From an uncultured Alphaproteobacteria bacterium (lineage in GTDB: Bacteria; Pseudomonadota; Alphaproteobacteria; SP197), in the NCBI GenBank assembly GCA_938048755.1, contig CALIUG010000107.1, positions 3,994-67,993 of the forward strand: a stretch of 64,000 nucleotides of DNA, read 5' to 3'. Shown one piece after another: positions 40,397 through 51,831 of this stretch. Position 1 is the stretch's first letter. Every line of letters begins with the position of its first letter. The notes below the pieces were generated by a model. The model did not search any database. It saw only the letters and a program-made list of their open reading frames with translations, and had not been told where the DNA came from. The position numbers and the translations under genes were made by a program.

Positions 40397-43333
40397 ATGG
40401 GACAGCGGATCGACGAACTCTCCTTTCTCAACGGTACCAACGCCAACTACATCGCAGAGCTCTACGCGCGTTATCGTGCCGATTCTGACGATGTCAGCAA
40501 GGAATGGCGCGAGGTTTTCGACGACCTGAACGACGATGCCGCCTCCATCCTGGCCGAACTGGAACCGGCCCGCGCCGCCCGTATCGTTCAGGACTTCGAG
40601 GACGAACCCGAAGGGTTCGGCTTCCCGCCCCGCAATGGCAACGGCCATGGCCGTCCCCAGCACGGTTATGATGGTAACGGCGCAACCCACAGCGCGCCTG
40701 ATTGGGCACCGGTTCCGGGCCATCGTGATTCCGTCGCCGAGTATGCCGTGGCGCGCGACAGCATCCGGATTCTGATGATGATCCGCGCCTATCGTGTGCG
40801 TGGCCATCTCGCGGCCAATCTCGATCCCCTGGGCATCGAAGGCAGCCGTCATCATCCCGAACTTGATCCCAAAAGCTACGGCTTCACCGACGCCGATTAC
40901 GGCCGGGAATTTTTCGTGGATGGCGTCCTGGGTTTCCAGCGCGCCACGCTGCAGCAGATTCTCGATGCGGTGCGCAAGACCTATTGCGGCACCATCGGTG
41001 TCGAGTTCATGCATATCCAGAGCCCGGACGAGAAATCCTGGATCCAGCGCAAGTTCGAAGGCACACGCTCTGATGCCGAACTGGGACCGGAAGAAAAGAA
41101 ACGCGTGCTCTCGGAGATCTTCCGTTCGGAAGGCTTCGAGAAGTTCCTTTCCATCAAGTATCCAGGCTCCAAGCGGTTCTCGCTGGAAGGTGGTGAAAGC
41201 ACCATCGCGGCGATGGAAACCATCATCCGCACCGCAGCCCGTGGCGGCGTCGAGGAGATCGTTCTGGGCATGCCCCATCGCGGTCGCCTCAACATTCTGA
41301 CCAACGTCATGGGCAAGTCCTACGCCCAGGTCTTTTCCGAGTTCCAGGGCGAGTCCAGCCATCCCGATGCCGTCCATGGCTCCGGCGACGTGAAGTACCA
41401 TTTGGGCACCTCTTCGGATCGCCAGGTGGCCGATGGCCGCAAGATTCACCTTTCGCTCACGGCCAACCCTTCGCATCTCGAAGCCGTCAATCCCGTGGTC
41501 GAAGGCAAGGTCCGCGCCAAGCAGGAAATGCTTGGGGATGAGGAGCGCAAGAAGGTTCTGGCCATCCTGCTCCACGGCGATGCGGCCTTTGCCGGTCAGG
41601 GTCTGGTTGCCGAGACGCTGGGCATGTCGGAACTGCGCGGTCACAAGACCGGCGGCACGATCCACATCATCGTCAACAACCAGATCGGGTTCACGACCAA
41701 TCCCAGTTTCTCGCGTTCGTCGCCCTATCCCAGCGACGTCGCAAAGATGGTGTCCGCGCCGATCTTCCATGTGAACGGCGATGACCCCGAAGCGGTGGTG
41801 CATGTCGCCAAGGTCGCGGCAAAGTTCCGCCAGGAATTCGGACGCGATGTGGTGATCGACATCTTCTGCTACCGCCGCCACGGCCATAACGAAGGCGACG
41901 AGCCGGCCTTCACCCAGCCCATCATGTACCGCAACATTGCCAAGCACCCCACGACCCGCCAACTCTATACCGAGCGGCTGGTTTCTGAAGGTGTGATCAC
42001 GCCCAAGCAGGCCGACCGCATGATCCAGGACTTCAATGGTCAGTTGGAGAAGGACCTGGAGGCCTCACAGGGTTACAAGCCCAACAAGGTCGACTGGCTT
42101 GAAGGCGTCTGGTCGGGCCTCGAGGTTTCCGAGCGGGATGGTGCGCGTCGCGGCATGACGGCGGTTCCGACCGAGGAACTCAAGACCGTGGGCCACGCCA
42201 TCGCCAGTTATCCCGATAGCGTGAATGTCCATCGCAAACTCAAGCGCATTCTCGACCAGCGCCGCACCATGATCGACGAAGGCAAGGGCATCGACTGGGC
42301 GATGGCGGAAGCGCTGGCTTTCGGCACCCTGTGCTACGAGCGGGCCAATGTGCGTCTCTCCGGCCAGGATTGCGGGCGCGGCACGTTCAGCCAGCGCCAT
42401 TCCGTGCTGGTCGATCAGATCACCGAAGAACGCTATATTCCGCTCAACCACATCAGCGACGATCAGGGCCGTTACGAGGTCATCGACAGCATGCTCTCGG
42501 AAGCCGGCATCCTGGGTTTCGAGTATGGCTACAGCCTTGCCGACCCCAACACGCTGGTTCTGTGGGAAGCCCAGTTCGGCGACTTCGCCAATGGCGCCCA
42601 GGTCATCGTCGATCAGTTCCTCACCGCAGGTGAGAGCAAGTGGTTCCGCATGTCGGGCCTCGTCATGCTGCTGCCGCATGGCTATGAGGGGCAGGGGCCT
42701 GAACACAGTTCGGGACGGCCGGAGCGTTATCTTCAGCTTGCGGCGGAAGACAACCTCCAGATTGCCAACTGCTCGACTCCGTCGTCCTACTTCCATTTGC
42801 TGCGGCGTCAGATGAAACGCAAGTTCCGCAAGCCGCTCATTGTCATGACGCCCAAATCCCTGTTGCGGCACAAGCGCTGTGTTTCCAGAACCGAAGACTT
42901 CACTGGCGAGACACAGTTTCACCGCACGCTCTGGGAACTGGACGACGCCAGCCACGGTAAGGACATGGAGCGTGTCGTGCTCTGTACGGGCAAGGTCTAT
43001 TATGACCTGCTCGAGAAACGTGACGAACTGGGCCTCAAAAACGTCACCTTCATCCGCCTGGAACAGCTTGCGCCATTCCCGCTCGATGCCCTGCAGGAAG
43101 CCGTCGACTATTATCCCAATGCCCAGTTCATCTGGTGCCAGGAAGAACCTCGCAACATGGGTGCCTGGAACTTCGTGCGCGACAAGATCGAACAGGCCAT
43201 GGAAAAGGGCGAACTCAAGATGGTGTTGCCGCGTTATGTCGGGCGCGATGAAGCGGCATCTCCGGCAACAGGCTTTATCCGTGTGCATGAACGCGAGCAG
43301 GAAGCGCTCGTCAACGAAGCCCTGACAGGCTGA
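40397..43333 (+). CDS. sucA: 2-oxoglutarate dehydrogenase E1 component
   Basis: 978 aa with ThDP-binding regions (GDAAFAGQG...) characteristic of SucA. Confidence 0.95.
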   Translation: MGQRIDELSFLNGTNANYIAELYARYRADSDDVSKEWREVFDDLNDDAASILAELEPARAARIVQDFEDEPEGFGFPPRNGNGHGRPQHGYDGNGATHSAPDWAPVPGHRDSVAEYAVARDSIRILMMIRAYRVRGHLAANLDPLGIEGSRHHPELDPKSYGFTDADYGREFFVDGVLGFQRATLQQILDAVRKTYCGTIGVEFMHIQSPDEKSWIQRKFEGTRSDAELGPEEKKRVLSEIFRSEGFEKFLSIKYPGSKRFSLEGGESTIAAMETIIRTAARGGVEEIVLGMPHRGRLNILTNVMGKSYAQVFSEFQGESSHPDAVHGSGDVKYHLGTSSDRQVADGRKIHLSLTANPSHLEAVNPVVEGKVRAKQEMLGDEERKKVLAILLHGDAAFAGQGLVAETLGMSELRGHKTGGTIHIIVNNQIGFTTNPSFSRSSPYPSDVAKMVSAPIFHVNGDDPEAVVHVAKVAAKFRQEFGRDVVIDIFCYRRHGHNEGDEPAFTQPIMYRNIAKHPTTRQLYTERLVSEGVITPKQADRMIQDFNGQLEKDLEASQGYKPNKVDWLEGVWSGLEVSERDGARRGMTAVPTEELKTVGHAIASYPDSVNVHRKLKRILDQRRTMIDEGKGIDWAMAEALAFGTLCYERANVRLSGQDCGRGTFSQRHSVLVDQITEERYIPLNHISDDQGRYEVIDSMLSEAGILGFEYGYSLADPNTLVLWEAQFGDFANGAQVIVDQFLTAGESKWFRMSGLVMLLPHGYEGQGPEHSSGRPERYLQLAAEDNLQIANCSTPSSYFHLLRRQMKRKFRKPLIVMTPKSLLRHKRCVSRTEDFTGETQFHRTLWELDDASHGKDMERVVLCTGKVYYDLLEKRDELGLKNVTFIRLEQLAPFPLDALQEAVDYYPNAQFIWCQEEPRNMGAWNFVRDKIEQAMEKGELKMVLPRYVGRDEAASPATGFIRVHEREQEALVNEALTG

Positions 43334-43365
43334 AGCGCGCGACAACAACAGGACGGAACAACACG

Positions 43366-44646
43366 ATGGCGATCGAAATCAAGGTGCCCCAGCTTGGCGA
43401 GTCCGTCACGGAGGCCACGGTTGCGACCTGGTTCAAGAACAAGGGTGACGCCGTCACGCGTGATGAACCCCTGGTCGAGCTTGAAACCGACAAGGTGACC
43501 ATGGAGGTCTATGCCCCGGCATCGGGCGTGCTCTCCGACGTCATGTTCGACGAAGGCAGCGATGTCGAGGTCGGCACAGTGCTGGGCAAGGTCGAGGAGG
43601 GCGATGCGCCTGCTGCCAGCGCCGAACCGGCACCAGAAGAAGCACCGGCCAAGAAGGAAGAGCCCGCAGCCGCACCCAGCAAAGAGGAACCGGCAACTGC
43701 ATCCGCCGCCGAGGCGAAGAGTGATCTGCCGCTGTCACCTGCCGTGCGCAAGATGGTGGACGAGAACAATCTGGACCCCTCCGCCATCAGCGGAACCGGC
43801 AAGGATGGTCGTCTGACCAAGGCCGACGTTCAGGCCCATCTGGATGGCGGGGGCAGGAAGGACGCTGCCAAACCTGCCGCGCCTGCGCCCGAAGCACCGG
43901 CCCCGCGTGAACGGGTTGCCGTCGCGCCGTCCGAGCCTGATCCGGAGGGACGCGAGGAACGCGTCAAGATGACGCGTCTGCGCAAACGTATTGCCGAGCG
44001 TCTCAAGGCAGCACAGGACACCGCGGCTATGCTCACGACCTTCAACGAGGTCGACATGACCGCCGTGATGGCCGCGCGCAAGCAGTATCAGGAGCGTTTC
44101 GAGAAGAAACACGGCGTACGCCTGGGCTTCATGTCGTTTTTCGTGCGCGCCGCAATACAGGCACTGCAGGACATCCCGGCCGTCAACGGCGAGATCGCCG
44201 GCGACGAGATCATCTACAAGCACTACTACCATATCGGTGTGGCGGTCAGCTCGCCCTCGGGTCTGGTGGTGCCGGTACTGCGTGATGCAGACAAGCTGTC
44301 CTTTGCCGAAATCGAAAAGAACATCGGCGCCCTGGGCGTCAAGGCACGGGACGGCAAGCTCTCGCCCAACGACCTGACCGGTGGCACCTTCACGATTTCC
44401 AACGGCGGCATCTTTGGTTCACTCATGTCCACGCCCATTCTGAATCCGCCACAATCGGGCATTCTGGGCATGCACAAGATTCAGGAACGCCCGATCGCCG
44501 TCGATGGTGAAGTGGTGATCCGACCCATGATGTATCTGGCACTGAGCTACGATCACCGCATCATCGATGGCCGTGAAGCCGTGACCTTCCTGGTCCGTCT
44601 GAAGGACGCCATCGAGGATCCCCAGCGCTTGCTGCTGGAGATCTGA
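43366..44646 (+). CDS. sucB: Dihydrolipoyllysine-residue succinyltransferase (E2o)
   Basis: Lipoyl domain ETDKVTMEV, an Ala/Pro linker, a PSBD, and the catalytic [10 protein letters not shown]. Confidence 0.95.
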   Translation: MAIEIKVPQLGESVTEATVATWFKNKGDAVTRDEPLVELETDKVTMEVYAPASGVLSDVMFDEGSDVEVGTVLGKVEEGDAPAASAEPAPEEAPAKKEEPAAAPSKEEPATASAAEAKSDLPLSPAVRKMVDENNLDPSAISGTGKDGRLTKADVQAHLDGGGRKDAAKPAAPAPEAPAPRERVAVAPSEPDPEGREERVKMTRLRKRIAERLKAAQDTAAMLTTFNEVDMTAVMAARKQYQERFEKKHGVRLGFMSFFVRAAIQALQDIPAVNGEIAGDEIIYKHYYHIGVAVSSPSGLVVPVLRDADKLSFAEIEKNIGALGVKARDGKLSPNDLTGGTFTISNGGIFGSLMSTPILNPPQSGILGMHKIQERPIAVDGEVVIRPMMYLALSYDHRIIDGREAVTFLVRLKDAIEDPQRLLLEI

Positions 44647-44784
44647 ACCCCACGCTCGTGTGATCCCGGCCGCAGGCGCGTAGCGCCGGAGAGCCGGGAC
44701 CTCGAGCGTTCGGCGCCGAGCAATCCAGATCCCGGCTCGCCCCTTGGTCGGCTGGGATGACATGAATTTTTCCGGAGATGAAGC

Positions 44785-46179
44785 ATGGCCGATCAGGATT
44801 TTGACGTTGTCGTCATCGGGGCGGGACCCGGTGGTTATGTCTGTGCCATCCGCTGTGCGCAGCTTGGCCTGAAGACGGCCTGTGTCGAAAAGCGCGAAAC
44901 CCTGGGTGGGACCTGCCTCAATATCGGCTGCATCCCCTCCAAGGCTCTGCTGCAATCCTCCGAACTCTACGAGCAGGCCAACGGCCATCTGGGCAAGCAT
45001 GGCGTAAAGGTATCGGGCGTCGAGCTTGACCTGCCGACCATGATGAAACGCAAGGACAAGGTGGTCGATACACTGACCAAGGGCATTGCCGGTCTCTTCA
45101 AGAAGAACAAGATCACGCATCTGATCGGTGAGGGTCGCATCATCGATGCCAACACCGTTGAGGTCGCAGGCAAGAAGGTCTCAACCAGGAATATCGTGAT
45201 TGCGACCGGTTCGGAGGTTGCCAGCCTGCCGGGTATCGAGATCGATGAGGAACGGGTTGTTTCGTCCACCGTCGCGCTAGCCCTTCCCGAGGTTCCCAAG
45301 CGCATGCTGGTGATCGGTGCGGGTTTCATCGGCCTTGAGATGGGCTCGGTCTGGAAACGCCTGGGTGCTGAGGTCACGGTCGTGGAGTATCTCGATCGCA
45401 TCGCGCCGGGCATGGACGGGGAGATCGCAAAGGAGTTTCAGAAACTTCTCAAGCGTCAGGGACTGGGCTTCAAGCTTGGCACCAAGGTGACCGGGGTGAA
45501 ATCCTTGAAGAAGGAACTGAAGGTCACGCTGGAGCCGGCAGCCGGAGGCGATGCTGAAACCATTGCCTGCGATGTCGTGCTGGTCTCGGTCGGTCGTCGC
45601 CCCTATGTCGATGCCCTGGGTCTGGAAGATGCTGGCGTTGCGCTTGACGACCGTGGCCGGGTTGCCATCGACGACCACTTCGCCACCAACGTTTCGGGCA
45701 TCTATGCCATCGGCGATTGCGTGCGTGGCCCCATGCTGGCGCACAAGGCCGAGGATGAAGGCATGGCCATGGCTGAAATCCTGGCCGGTCAGTCCGGCCA
45801 CATGAACTACGGCGTCATTCCCGGCGTGGTCTATACCGATCCCGAAGCAGCCTCGGTCGGCAAGACCGAAGACGAGCTCAAGGACGAAGGCGTCGATTAT
45901 GTTTCCGGCAGTTTCCCCATGCTCGCCAACAGCCGTGCGCGGACCTATGACCAGACCGGCGGTCTGGTGAAGATCCTGGCTGATGCAAAGACGGATCGTG
46001 TTCTGGGTGTGCACATCCTGGGCAGTGGTGCCGGTGAGCTGATCGCCGAAGCTGCCGTGGCCATGGAGTTCGGCGCGTCGTCGGAAGACATTGCGCGGAC
46101 CTGCCATGCCCATCCGACCTTCTCCGAAGCGGTGAAGGAAGCCGCCCTTGCGGTCTCGAAACGCGCCATCCACTTCTGA
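44785..46179 (+). CDS. lpdA: Dihydrolipoyl dehydrogenase (E3)
   Basis: Redox-active disulfide GGTCLNIGCIPSK, FAD/NAD folds and C-terminal HAHPTFSE. Confidence 0.95.
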   Translation: MADQDFDVVVIGAGPGGYVCAIRCAQLGLKTACVEKRETLGGTCLNIGCIPSKALLQSSELYEQANGHLGKHGVKVSGVELDLPTMMKRKDKVVDTLTKGIAGLFKKNKITHLIGEGRIIDANTVEVAGKKVSTRNIVIATGSEVASLPGIEIDEERVVSSTVALALPEVPKRMLVIGAGFIGLEMGSVWKRLGAEVTVVEYLDRIAPGMDGEIAKEFQKLLKRQGLGFKLGTKVTGVKSLKKELKVTLEPAAGGDAETIACDVVLVSVGRRPYVDALGLEDAGVALDDRGRVAIDDHFATNVSGIYAIGDCVRGPMLAHKAEDEGMAMAEILAGQSGHMNYGVIPGVVYTDPEAASVGKTEDELKDEGVDYVSGSFPMLANSRARTYDQTGGLVKILADAKTDRVLGVHILGSGAGELIAEAAVAMEFGASSEDIARTCHAHPTFSEAVKEAALAVSKRAIHF

Positions 46180-46194
46180 TCGCGGAATCACGTC

Positions 46195-48180
46195 ATGCGC
46201 CTGAGGACCTTCATAAAGATTGCTGTGGTTGTGGTCGTCATTGCTGTTGGCGGTGTCATCGGTTTTCTTTCTCAACTCGATCCCAATGATTACCGCGATG
46301 ACATTGCTATTGCCCTCCAGGATGCGACGGGCCGCACCGTCACACTGGGGGGAGCGCTGTCACTCGAAAAATCCTTGAGTCCCACCCTGGTGGTCGAAGA
46401 CGTCACAATCGCCAATGCGGCCTGGAGCAAGACGGCCGACATGGCCAACATCAAGAGCCTGGAAGTCGAGGTGGAACTGTTGCCGCTGCTCTCGGGCAAT
46501 ATCGTCGTCAATCGTCTGGTGCTCGACGGCGGCAAGATCCTGCTGGAGACCGGAGGTGACGGACAGGCGAACTGGAAGTTCGATTCAACAACCTGCCATG
46601 TGGACTCATCCACTCAGGCGCGACAACTCGCCTTCAAGGCTGTGTCGATCAAGGACACGCAGATCACGTTCCGTTCGGAAGCGGCTGCCAGGGAAGACTC
46701 GCTCACCGTGACCGATCTCGAGCTCAAGGCTGAGCAACCCTCGGATCCGCTGGCGATATCGGGAAGTCTTGATCTCAACGGAACCTCCTTCACGCTCGAT
46801 GGCACGCTCAAGACTCTGGGGTCGCTGATTGAAGGTGAGAGAACCGAGGCCGACCTGACGCTTGAATCCGATGGTCTGAAGGTCGAGATCAATGGCGGGC
46901 TGGGAGAGCCGGGATCCGAGGAGTTTTTCGCGGTCATCCTCAACGCTGATCTCAAGAGCAGCGATGGTCTCGCGCCATTGGGGATTGATCTCGATGGCCA
47001 CCTCGATACCGCCACGCTCACCACGAAGTTTGATGGCGGTGCGGGCGCACTGCACTTCAAGGATCTCGTGGCGACCGTGGATGGCAATACGTTCAAGGGG
47101 AATCTCAGGCTGGACCTCACCACTGCCACGGCGCTTGTTTCGGGTTCTCTCGATCTCGACAAGCTGGACCTGGATTCAATCACGCAAACGGCCGATGCCG
47201 ACGTGGAGGCGGCGAACCGCGTCTTTCCGGAAACACCGTTGCCGTTTGATGCCTTGAAACTGATCGATCTCAAACTCGACGTGAAGATCGCCGAGCTTAT
47301 GGCCCAGAATCTTTCCTTCACCGATCTCAGTTCAGATGTGGCGTTACAGTCGGGAAGCCTCTCCCTCGACGACCTGAGTTTCAATGTCTCGGGGGCAAGT
47401 GTGTCGGGCAAGGCAAGTGCTGATGCTGCCACGCAGGCTGCCGCGATTTCGCTCAAGTTCGATGATCTCGAGATGGGTGATCTGCTCAAGACCCTGGATG
47501 CGCCCGATCGCCTCAGCGGCAAGGCCGATGTGGTATTGGATGTGTCAGGCAATGGTGCATCGCTGGCGGCGATCGCCGGATCGATGGATGGCAAGGCATC
47601 CGTGCTCATGGAGAATGGCAAACTTGATGCCCACGAACTTGATCTTCTGGTTGGCGGCGTCACCACCATCATCGGCAGCCTGTTCTCCAAGGGTGTGAAG
47701 AGCGGTGACCTTCACTGCCTTGCGCTCGCCTGGGACATCAAGGCCGGTGTCGCAAGCCAGAAGGTGATGTTGCTTGATACCAATGATTCCACCGTGACCG
47801 GTTCGGGTGAAATCTATCTCGGCAAGGAAACCCTCGATCTCAAGGTCGTGCCGCACTCCAAGGGTGTCACGCTCAATCTCGCCGTGCCGATCCATGTGCG
47901 CGGTACGCTGCTGCACCCGACCTTCACGCCGGATGAAGGGGCTCTTGCCATGCATCTTGGCGGGCTTCTGGGTGCCACATTGTTCCCGCCGGCCCTGCTG
48001 CTTTCCATGGGTGATCTTGGTTCCGGGGATACCGGATGCTCGGATGCCAACCAGCCCAAGCAATCCGATCTTCTTTCGGACGTTGGCTCTGCAGTCGGCG
48101 GTGAGGCCAGCGATGTGGGCACCGCGGTCGATGACGCCGTGAAGGGTGTCGGCGATCAGATCGACAGCCTGTTCGAGTAA
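46195..48180 (+). CDS. AsmA-family outer-membrane biogenesis protein
   Basis: N-terminal TM anchor MRLRTFIKIAVVVVVIAVGGVIG and a long repetitive beta-rich periplasmic domain. 661 aa. Confidence 0.7.
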   Translation: MRLRTFIKIAVVVVVIAVGGVIGFLSQLDPNDYRDDIAIALQDATGRTVTLGGALSLEKSLSPTLVVEDVTIANAAWSKTADMANIKSLEVEVELLPLLSGNIVVNRLVLDGGKILLETGGDGQANWKFDSTTCHVDSSTQARQLAFKAVSIKDTQITFRSEAAAREDSLTVTDLELKAEQPSDPLAISGSLDLNGTSFTLDGTLKTLGSLIEGERTEADLTLESDGLKVEINGGLGEPGSEEFFAVILNADLKSSDGLAPLGIDLDGHLDTATLTTKFDGGAGALHFKDLVATVDGNTFKGNLRLDLTTATALVSGSLDLDKLDLDSITQTADADVEAANRVFPETPLPFDALKLIDLKLDVKIAELMAQNLSFTDLSSDVALQSGSLSLDDLSFNVSGASVSGKASADAATQAAAISLKFDDLEMGDLLKTLDAPDRLSGKADVVLDVSGNGASLAAIAGSMDGKASVLMENGKLDAHELDLLVGGVTTIIGSLFSKGVKSGDLHCLALAWDIKAGVASQKVMLLDTNDSTVTGSGEIYLGKETLDLKVVPHSKGVTLNLAVPIHVRGTLLHPTFTPDEGALAMHLGGLLGATLFPPALLLSMGDLGSGDTGCSDANQPKQSDLLSDVGSAVGGEASDVGTAVDDAVKGVGDQIDSLFE

Positions 48181-48201
48181 GCCGGTCACACGGCGCATCC
48201 T

Positions 48202-49446
48202 GTGTTGAAAGAACTGGCCCGGTCGATCGAGGCGCGTCCCGTTGTCCTGCTGGTTCTGCTCTGCCTGATCCAGGTCGGAACCATGATGGGGTTCTCGACC
48301 TACTGGTCGCTTCTCCCGATTCTGCAACCCGCCTGGGACATGACCAACGAGCAGGCCGGATGGCTCTCGGGTATGTTGTTCGGCGGTTATGTGATGGCCG
48401 TTCCGTTCCTGGTGACGATCACGGACCAGCGCGATGCGCGCGGCATCATGCTCATCGGGTTTATCCTGGCGTTCCTGGGGCTGGCAGGCATGGCGCTGGC
48501 CGGTGACGGCTTCTGGCCTGCGCTGATCTGGCGCACGCTGGCCGGTGCCGGTCTGGCCGGGACTTACATGCCCGGTCTCAAGGTGCTGACGGATCGGCTC
48601 GACAGTTCCCGTCACGCGCGCGCGGTTGCGTTCTACACCGCTTCCTTCAGCGTCGGGGCCGGGGTGTCCTACTTCGTTTCGGGATTTCTGTTCCAGTATC
48701 TTTCCTGGCAGGGCGTTTTCGCCGTCATTGCGCTGGGTCCCGTGGTTTCTGCCGTTCTGGTGATCCTTCTGGTTCTGCCGCGCCAACCCGAACGCTCTGA
48801 AGGCAAGCAGCGCCACGCCCTCGATTTCCGGCTTGTGCTCAAGTCACCCCAGACCATCGCTTATGTCCTGGCCTATGCCGGACATACGGCCGAACTGTTC
48901 GCCATGCGCTCCTGGCTCGTGCCTTTTGTGGTTTCCAGCTTCGCCCTTCATGGCGTCGCCAACGAGGTCGATGCGGCCGTCGTTGCCACGACGGTGTCGT
49001 TTGTCGCCGTGTTTTCCAGTCTGGCCGGTGCGGAACTTGCCATCCGCATCGGGCGGGTCCGCCTCATCGCCGCGGCCATGGTGGTCTCGTTTCTGGTCGC
49101 CGTGGCCACCGGTTTTGCCGTCGCCCTGCCGATCTGGATCGTGGTCGCGCTCTGCCTGATCTACTCCCTGACGATCCAGGCGGATTCCGCGGCCATCACG
49201 GCCGGTGCCGTCGCCATGGCGCCCAAGGGACACCGTGGCGCAACGCTCGCCGTGCATTCGGTGATCGGGTTCAGCGGTGCGCTCATCGGCCCACCCATCG
49301 TGGGTGTCATGCTCGATATCACCGGCGGTCAGGGCTCCGTGCTTGCCTGGGGCCTCTCCTTCGTTCTGATGGGAGCCTTTGGCCTCTTTGGCCTTGCCTG
49401 CCTTCTGTGGCTGGGTCGTCAGGCGCGGGGGTGTGCGTTGCGGTAG
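48202..49446 (+). CDS. MFS transporter
   Basis: 12 predicted TM, with an MFS loop motif (DQRDARGIML ~ D-R/K-x-G-R-R). Confidence 0.8.
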   Translation: MLKELARSIEARPVVLLVLLCLIQVGTMMGFSTYWSLLPILQPAWDMTNEQAGWLSGMLFGGYVMAVPFLVTITDQRDARGIMLIGFILAFLGLAGMALAGDGFWPALIWRTLAGAGLAGTYMPGLKVLTDRLDSSRHARAVAFYTASFSVGAGVSYFVSGFLFQYLSWQGVFAVIALGPVVSAVLVILLVLPRQPERSEGKQRHALDFRLVLKSPQTIAYVLAYAGHTAELFAMRSWLVPFVVSSFALHGVANEVDAAVVATTVSFVAVFSSLAGAELAIRIGRVRLIAAAMVVSFLVAVATGFAVALPIWIVVALCLIYSLTIQADSAAITAGAVAMAPKGHRGATLAVHSVIGFSGALIGPPIVGVMLDITGGQGSVLAWGLSFVLMGAFGLFGLACLLWLGRQARGCALR

Positions 49447-50333
49447 ACCTCCAGAAGGCCTTCGGCATCAACGTCGGTATAACGCTGGGTCGTCGACAGG
49501 CTGGCATGACCCAGCAGTTCCTGAATGGTGCGCAGGTCCGCGCCGCGTCCCAGAAGATGCGTGGCATAGCTGTGGCGCAAGGCATGAGGTGTCGCTGATT
49601 CCGGCAGGCCCAGCATCGCCCGCAGGTTCCGGAACCTGCGTTGCACGACACCGGGATTGAGCCGCTTGCCCTGCACACCGATGAACAGAGGCGATGCAGC
49701 AGGGCTGCCGTCGGGGCGCTGCGCGAGATAGGCTTCGATAGCGTCTCGCACTCTGGGGAGCAGGGGCACCACACGTTCCTTGTTGCCCTTGCCCAGAATA
49801 CGCATGGCATCGCCGGCTTTCCGGATGGTGCCGACATCCAGGCTGAGAGCCTCACCGATTCGCAGACCTCCGCCATAGAGCAGAAGCAGCAGGGCGAGAT
49901 CCCGTGCCGTGACCCAGGGCGTCTGATCGGCGTCGTCGGCCATGGCCAGAACATCGGTCGTGTCATCGGTGGTCAGGGGACGCGGTACCTGCCGGGGCAG
50001 TTTGGGCGCGCGCATGGACGTGGCTGCCGGGTTCGAGACCAGGCCTTCACGGTCAAGATATCGGAACAGACTCTTGACCGCCGACAGTGCCCGCGCGGTC
50101 GAGCTTTTCGCCAGACCTTTCTGGGTGCGGCTGGCGAGCCAGGATCGGAAGTCCGGCGTGCCGAGTTCGCGCAGGGTGGCGACGGACGGTTCCTCACCCA
50201 GATGTCCTCTCAGGAAGGTCAGAAAACCATCGAGATCACGTTGATAGGCATGCACCGTATGTTCGGATGCCCGCCGTTCGCTGATGAGTTGTTCACGCCA
50301 GGCCGCAAGGACTGATTCCAGCGTCGCGGTCAT
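49419..50333 (-). CDS. xerC: Tyrosine recombinase XerC
   Basis: Catalytic RHSYATHLL...GHASLSTTQRYT (R..HxxR..Y) and an N-terminal SAM-like domain. The adjacent DUF484 partner is typical for alphaproteobacterial xerC. Convergent 28-nt overlap with the MFS gene end. Confidence 0.8.
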   Translation of the reverse strand: MTATLESVLAAWREQLISERRASEHTVHAYQRDLDGFLTFLRGHLGEEPSVATLRELGTPDFRSWLASRTQKGLAKSSTARALSAVKSLFRYLDREGLVSNPAATSMRAPKLPRQVPRPLTTDDTTDVLAMADDADQTPWVTARDLALLLLLYGGGLRIGEALSLDVGTIRKAGDAMRILGKGNKERVVPLLPRVRDAIEAYLAQRPDGSPAASPLFIGVQGKRLNPGVVQRRFRNLRAMLGLPESATPHALRHSYATHLLGRGADLRTIQELLGHASLSTTQRYTDVDAEGLLEVYRNAHPRA

Positions 50334-50338
50334 GGCGG

Positions 50339-51058
50339 TCAGAGTGCGAGCCCCAGTTTCTTGCGCAGGCAACGCTCCAGAACAGCGGCCAGGAAGCGAT
50401 AGAGGTCCACCGGAGCGCCCTGCTGGAAGTGATCATCGTGGCGTGAGCCCAGGGCCAGAATACCGTACGGTAGCCCGTCATCCCCGCCAAAGCGCGCCAG
50501 CAGTTCCGATTGCACCAGCGTGGAGGCACCCATGAAGAGTCCCTCATCGGCCATGGCAGGGGACCGCGCAATGACGTCATGATCGTCTTCCATCAGGCGA
50601 TCGACCGTACCTTCGACAACGCAACGCACGCCGCAGATGACCTGCGCCTGGCCACCAGGACAGGTGGTTTCCACCGCCAGGGTTACGACATCGACACCCA
50701 AGAGAATGGCAAGGTCGGAGGTCACGATCTCAACCAGATGATCAAGATCGACGGCACCGATCATGACCAGCGCGCCGGCATGGATGCGGTCCTGCAGGGA
50801 GCGATCCCGACGTGTCCGGTCGACCAGCTGTGTTTCCTGATCGCGCGCATCGCAGGCATCACTGCGCAGCTTTTCGATCAGGAAGGCCTGCCAGTCTCCA
50901 ACATTGTCACCGTGATGGCGCTGTGGCGGGGCCAAAACGTCCATCAGTTCGGGGCGTTCTGCCAGGAACCCGGGATTGCTGCGCAGGAAAGCTTCAACCC
51001 GTCCGGCCGAGAGCACCTCCGGTTGGGGTGCGGTCGCTGATTCGGGTTTGCTTGCCAT
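50339..51058 (-). CDS. DUF484-family protein
   Basis: VEAFLRSNPGFLAERPELMDVL is the DUF484 N-terminal signature, with a GAF-like body. Confidence 0.7.
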   Translation of the reverse strand: MASKPESATAPQPEVLSAGRVEAFLRSNPGFLAERPELMDVLAPPQRHHGDNVGDWQAFLIEKLRSDACDARDQETQLVDRTRRDRSLQDRIHAGALVMIGAVDLDHLVEIVTSDLAILLGVDVVTLAVETTCPGGQAQVICGVRCVVEGTVDRLMEDDHDVIARSPAMADEGLFMGASTLVQSELLARFGGDDGLPYGILALGSRHDDHFQQGAPVDLYRFLAAVLERCLRKKLGLAL

Positions 51059-51075
51059 GCCTTGTTCCGGTTTCT

Positions 51076-51732
51076 CTAGAGGATCGCCTGGCCGGTCTTC
51101 TGCCAATCCGCCAGGAAGGCCTCCAGACCCTTGTCGGTGAGCACATGATTGGCGAGCTTGCGCAGCACGTCGGGCGGCAGGGTCGCCACATCCGCCCCGA
51201 TCAGGGCCGACTGTTTGAGATGAATCGGGGTGCGAATCGATGCCACCAGAATCTCGGTCGAAAGAGCGGGATAGTTGTCATAGATCGTGCGGATCTCGCT
51301 GATCAGTTCCATGCCGTCCTGTCCCAGATCATCCAGGCGTCCGACAAAGGGTGAAATGAACGTTGCCCCGGCCTTGGCAGCCAGCAGTGCCTGATTGGCG
51401 GAGAAACAGAGCGTCACATTGACCTGCGTTCCGGCATCGGTGAGGGCACGGCAGGTTTTCAGGCCGTCCCAAGTCAGCGGTACCTTTACGGTCACGTTGG
51501 GGGCCACCTTGGCCAGCTTGCGGCCCTCGGCCAGCATGGTCTCGTGATCGGTCGCGGTGACTTCGGCACTGACGGGGCCATCCACGATCTCGCAGATTTC
51601 CTTCAGCACCTCCATGAAGTCGCGCCCGCTCTTGGCGACCAGCGAGGGGTTGGTGGTGACGCCATCCACCATGCCGGTTGCCGCGAGGTCGCGGATTTCG
51701 TCTGTATCGGCTGTATCGACAAAAAACTTCAT
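51076..51732 (-). CDS. tal: Transaldolase / fructose-6-phosphate aldolase (short form)
   Basis: [31 protein letters not shown]...[12 protein letters not shown] (Schiff-base Lys), ~218 aa. It is the 3' part of the 874-aa track ORF. Confidence 0.8.
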   Translation of the reverse strand: MKFFVDTADTDEIRDLAATGMVDGVTTNPSLVAKSGRDFMEVLKEICEIVDGPVSAEVTATDHETMLAEGRKLAKVAPNVTVKVPLTWDGLKTCRALTDAGTQVNVTLCFSANQALLAAKAGATFISPFVGRLDDLGQDGMELISEIRTIYDNYPALSTEILVASIRTPIHLKQSALIGADVATLPPDVLRKLANHVLTDKGLEAFLADWQKTGQAIL

Positions 51733-51831
51733 GGGTGGTCCTGCGTTCCAGAGTTGCTGTTCGTCGTTTCGTTTGGGCCATTTTGCACCGCACGCATTGC
51801 GACGACGCCAAGCCATGGCAAAGTGTAGCGG

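Noticed and set aside
40349-48816. Minus-strand ORFs 40349..41962, 42065..43348, 45277..46275, 46614..47690 and 47545..48816
   Set aside because: They are antisense to sucA, lpdA, the AsmA-family gene and the MFS transporter. No family signatures are present, and GC third-position bias favours the plus-strand frames.
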